Positions 18,577 to 20,000 of a stretch of DNA of 20,000 nucleotides are shown piece by piece. The notes beneath the pieces were generated by a model. It was given only the letters and a program-made list of their open reading frames with translations, was not told the DNA's origin and searched no databases. Source of the DNA: Malassezia furfur (taxonomy: Eukaryota); NCBI GenBank assembly GCA_052055015.1, contig JBQJIT010000013.1. One strand, given 5' to 3'. Numbering within the stretch: the first letter of the stretch is position 1; every line of letters starts with the position of its first letter. Both the position numbers and the translations under genes were made by a program.

Positions 18577-18858
18577 GGTCGAAGTCGAGGTTGTAGAATG
18601 ATTAAATCCGGGGGAAAGTTTCCGGGCAATATGTAGTGCCGTACGCGCCGATGGAGCTTACTCCGCATTGTGCAGGTCGCCTGCGCGTACTTCAACTGTG
18701 ACTTTGCGAATCTTCTTGGCTGCCCCAATCGAACGAATGACGATGCCCGACGGTGCATGCTTAGTTAAGCTATCACCGGCAAACGCCCGGGGAAGCCGGC
18801 CGGAAGCCCGAGTTTACCCGGATAGGGAAGCGAGGAGTACAGCGCACGGACACTATTG

Positions 18859-18916
18859 AGGGGGAATCACAGGAGGGGGACCGAGTGACTAGGGGGAGAG
18901 GTTACAGGGGGTTGGG
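18859..18916 (+). repeat. Four AGGGGG motifs at 15-17 nt spacing plus a GGG
   Basis: G5 runs at 18860-18864, 18875-18879, 18892-18896 and 18907-18911. Confidence 0.7.
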
Positions 18917-18920
18917 TGAG

Positions 18921-20000
18921 TTAGGATTGCAACGCAGCCTCGTCTGCGTCGTTGAGTAGCTCGTTGAGTGCCTTGAGTCCCTTGGCCACACCATAGCTTG
19001 CGCTTGCCATCACGCTCTTGGTCGTCCGGTCAAAGCTTGTGTCGGTTTGCATATCGCTCAGCCGGTCGCAGTTCTCGGTGAGCTCGGCGAAGATTCGCTC
19101 CGCCTCGGCGGCGATCGGTGCATGACGCGGCGACGTCGATTGCGGCAGGTGGTCGCGCGAGATCGCCACAATCGAGAAGACGATCGTGGTGATCTGCGTG
19201 AGGTTCTCGTTGAGCTGCGGGCCCTGCACGCCCTCACGCAGCGCGGACAGCAGCGACTGGATGGAGTGCACAATCGCCTCGGTCTGCACCTCGATGTAGT
19301 TCCGCAGCTCGGCCCAGTTCTCGTTGTCATCCACATCGCTCATACCCGCGCGCTCGTCGGTGCGCGGCACTTCCGGCGACGACAGGTCGGTCGACTGCGC
19401 CGCCGACGACACCGTGTCGCGCGTCGAGGGAGCGAGCGTGCTGCTGGGCGGCGCGCTGCCGTTGGCGGTCGGCAGACTCGGCAACTTGCGCTCGAGACCG
19501 AGGCCCACGCCGCTGCTACTGCCGTCGCGCGCAGGCAGCGCCGGCGGCTGCGACGCCGACGAGCCCGTGGTGTCTGCTGCACTCGCGGGCGCCTGCTGCT
19601 GCGGCTCGGGCTGCTGCGTGCCGGGCACGGACTCGACGTGCACGCGCGACTCGCTCGCATCCTCGTCGACCGTTCGGTCCGTGAGGTTGGGGTACGTCGG
19701 CTCCGGGTTCTTTTCCTCCGGAATCGGCACCTCGGCGAGGTTGCGCGGCTCGGAGGGAGCGACGTGGGCCGCACCGGCCGCACCACCCGCACCGAGTGCG
19801 CCAAACGCCGCCGACGCGCCCATGGCCGAGAGCGCCAGCTGGCCGATCGAGCGGCGCTGCTGACCCTCTTCAGGCTGCGCCGTGGCCGGCTGCGGGGGCA
19901 GCTGGTTGTCGAGCGCAGGCGGCGCCGTCGAGGCCGTGTTGTACACGGCCGTCTCGCGGTCGCGCGACGCGGTGTCCACCTGCGGCGACGCCGGAGCCGG
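18921..20000 (-). CDS. SPA2: Polarisome scaffold Spa2, C-terminal part (5' end outside the window)
   Basis: The frame is open to the window edge. The C-terminal helical domain WAELRNYIEVQTEAIVHSIQSLLSALR...LTENCDRLSDMQ...MASASYGVAKGLKAL resembles the fungal Spa2/GIT1 C-terminal domain. Confidence 0.8.
   Translation of the reverse strand, partial: PAPASPQVDTASRDRETAVYNTASTAPPALDNQLPPQPATAQPEEGQQRRSIGQLALSAMGASAAFGALGAGGAAGAAHVAPSEPRNLAEVPIPEEKNPEPTYPNLTDRTVDEDASESRVHVESVPGTQQPEPQQQAPASAADTTGSSASQPPALPARDGSSSGVGLGLERKLPSLPTANGSAPPSSTLAPSTRDTVSSAAQSTDLSSPEVPRTDERAGMSDVDDNENWAELRNYIEVQTEAIVHSIQSLLSALREGVQGPQLNENLTQITTIVFSIVAISRDHLPQSTSPRHAPIAAEAERIFAELTENCDRLSDMQTDTSFDRTTKSVMASASYGVAKGLKALNELLNDADEAALQS

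Noticed and set aside
18814..18821. Reb1-like TTACCCGG; also forkhead-like TGTTTAC at 7905-7911
   Set aside because: Single short matches with no independent support.
1..20000. CRISPR arrays, transposons, LTRs, prokaryotic operons, secondary-metabolite cluster
   Set aside because: No repeat-spacer arrays, transposase/RT motifs or backbone enzymes were seen. The content is unrelated eukaryotic housekeeping genes.

Overview
Eukaryotic, extremely gene-dense, GC-rich fungal DNA. Tiny GT-AG introns, tiny intergenic gaps and the protein families point to a basidiomycete yeast, most likely Malassezia (inference). I reconstructed 13 protein-coding genes by hand: EMC3, SMC3, an RRM protein, a CREB/ATF-like bZIP, a CBS-pair/TAF10 fusion, a CCDC174-like protein, an LRR/BC-box protein, a ZIP transporter, a nitronate monooxygenase, ERD2, an MRN1/Nrd1-type 4xRRM protein, SFC1 and a partial SPA2. 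There is also one intron-containing tRNA-Glu(CTC). The 19 spliceosomal introns are 23-40 nt (median 26). The top candidate for something undescribed is a single open frame joining a cystathionine-beta-synthase-type CBS (Bateman) module to the TFIID/SAGA subunit TAF10, whose first intron has its 5' splice site inside a perfect hairpin. Other leads: loss of one SMC3 acetylation lysine, an ERD2 D50A change, an LRRC58-like architecture, a possibly membrane-tethered bZIP, and a periodic AGGGGG array. All family assignments come from motif recognition by eye; no database searches were run.
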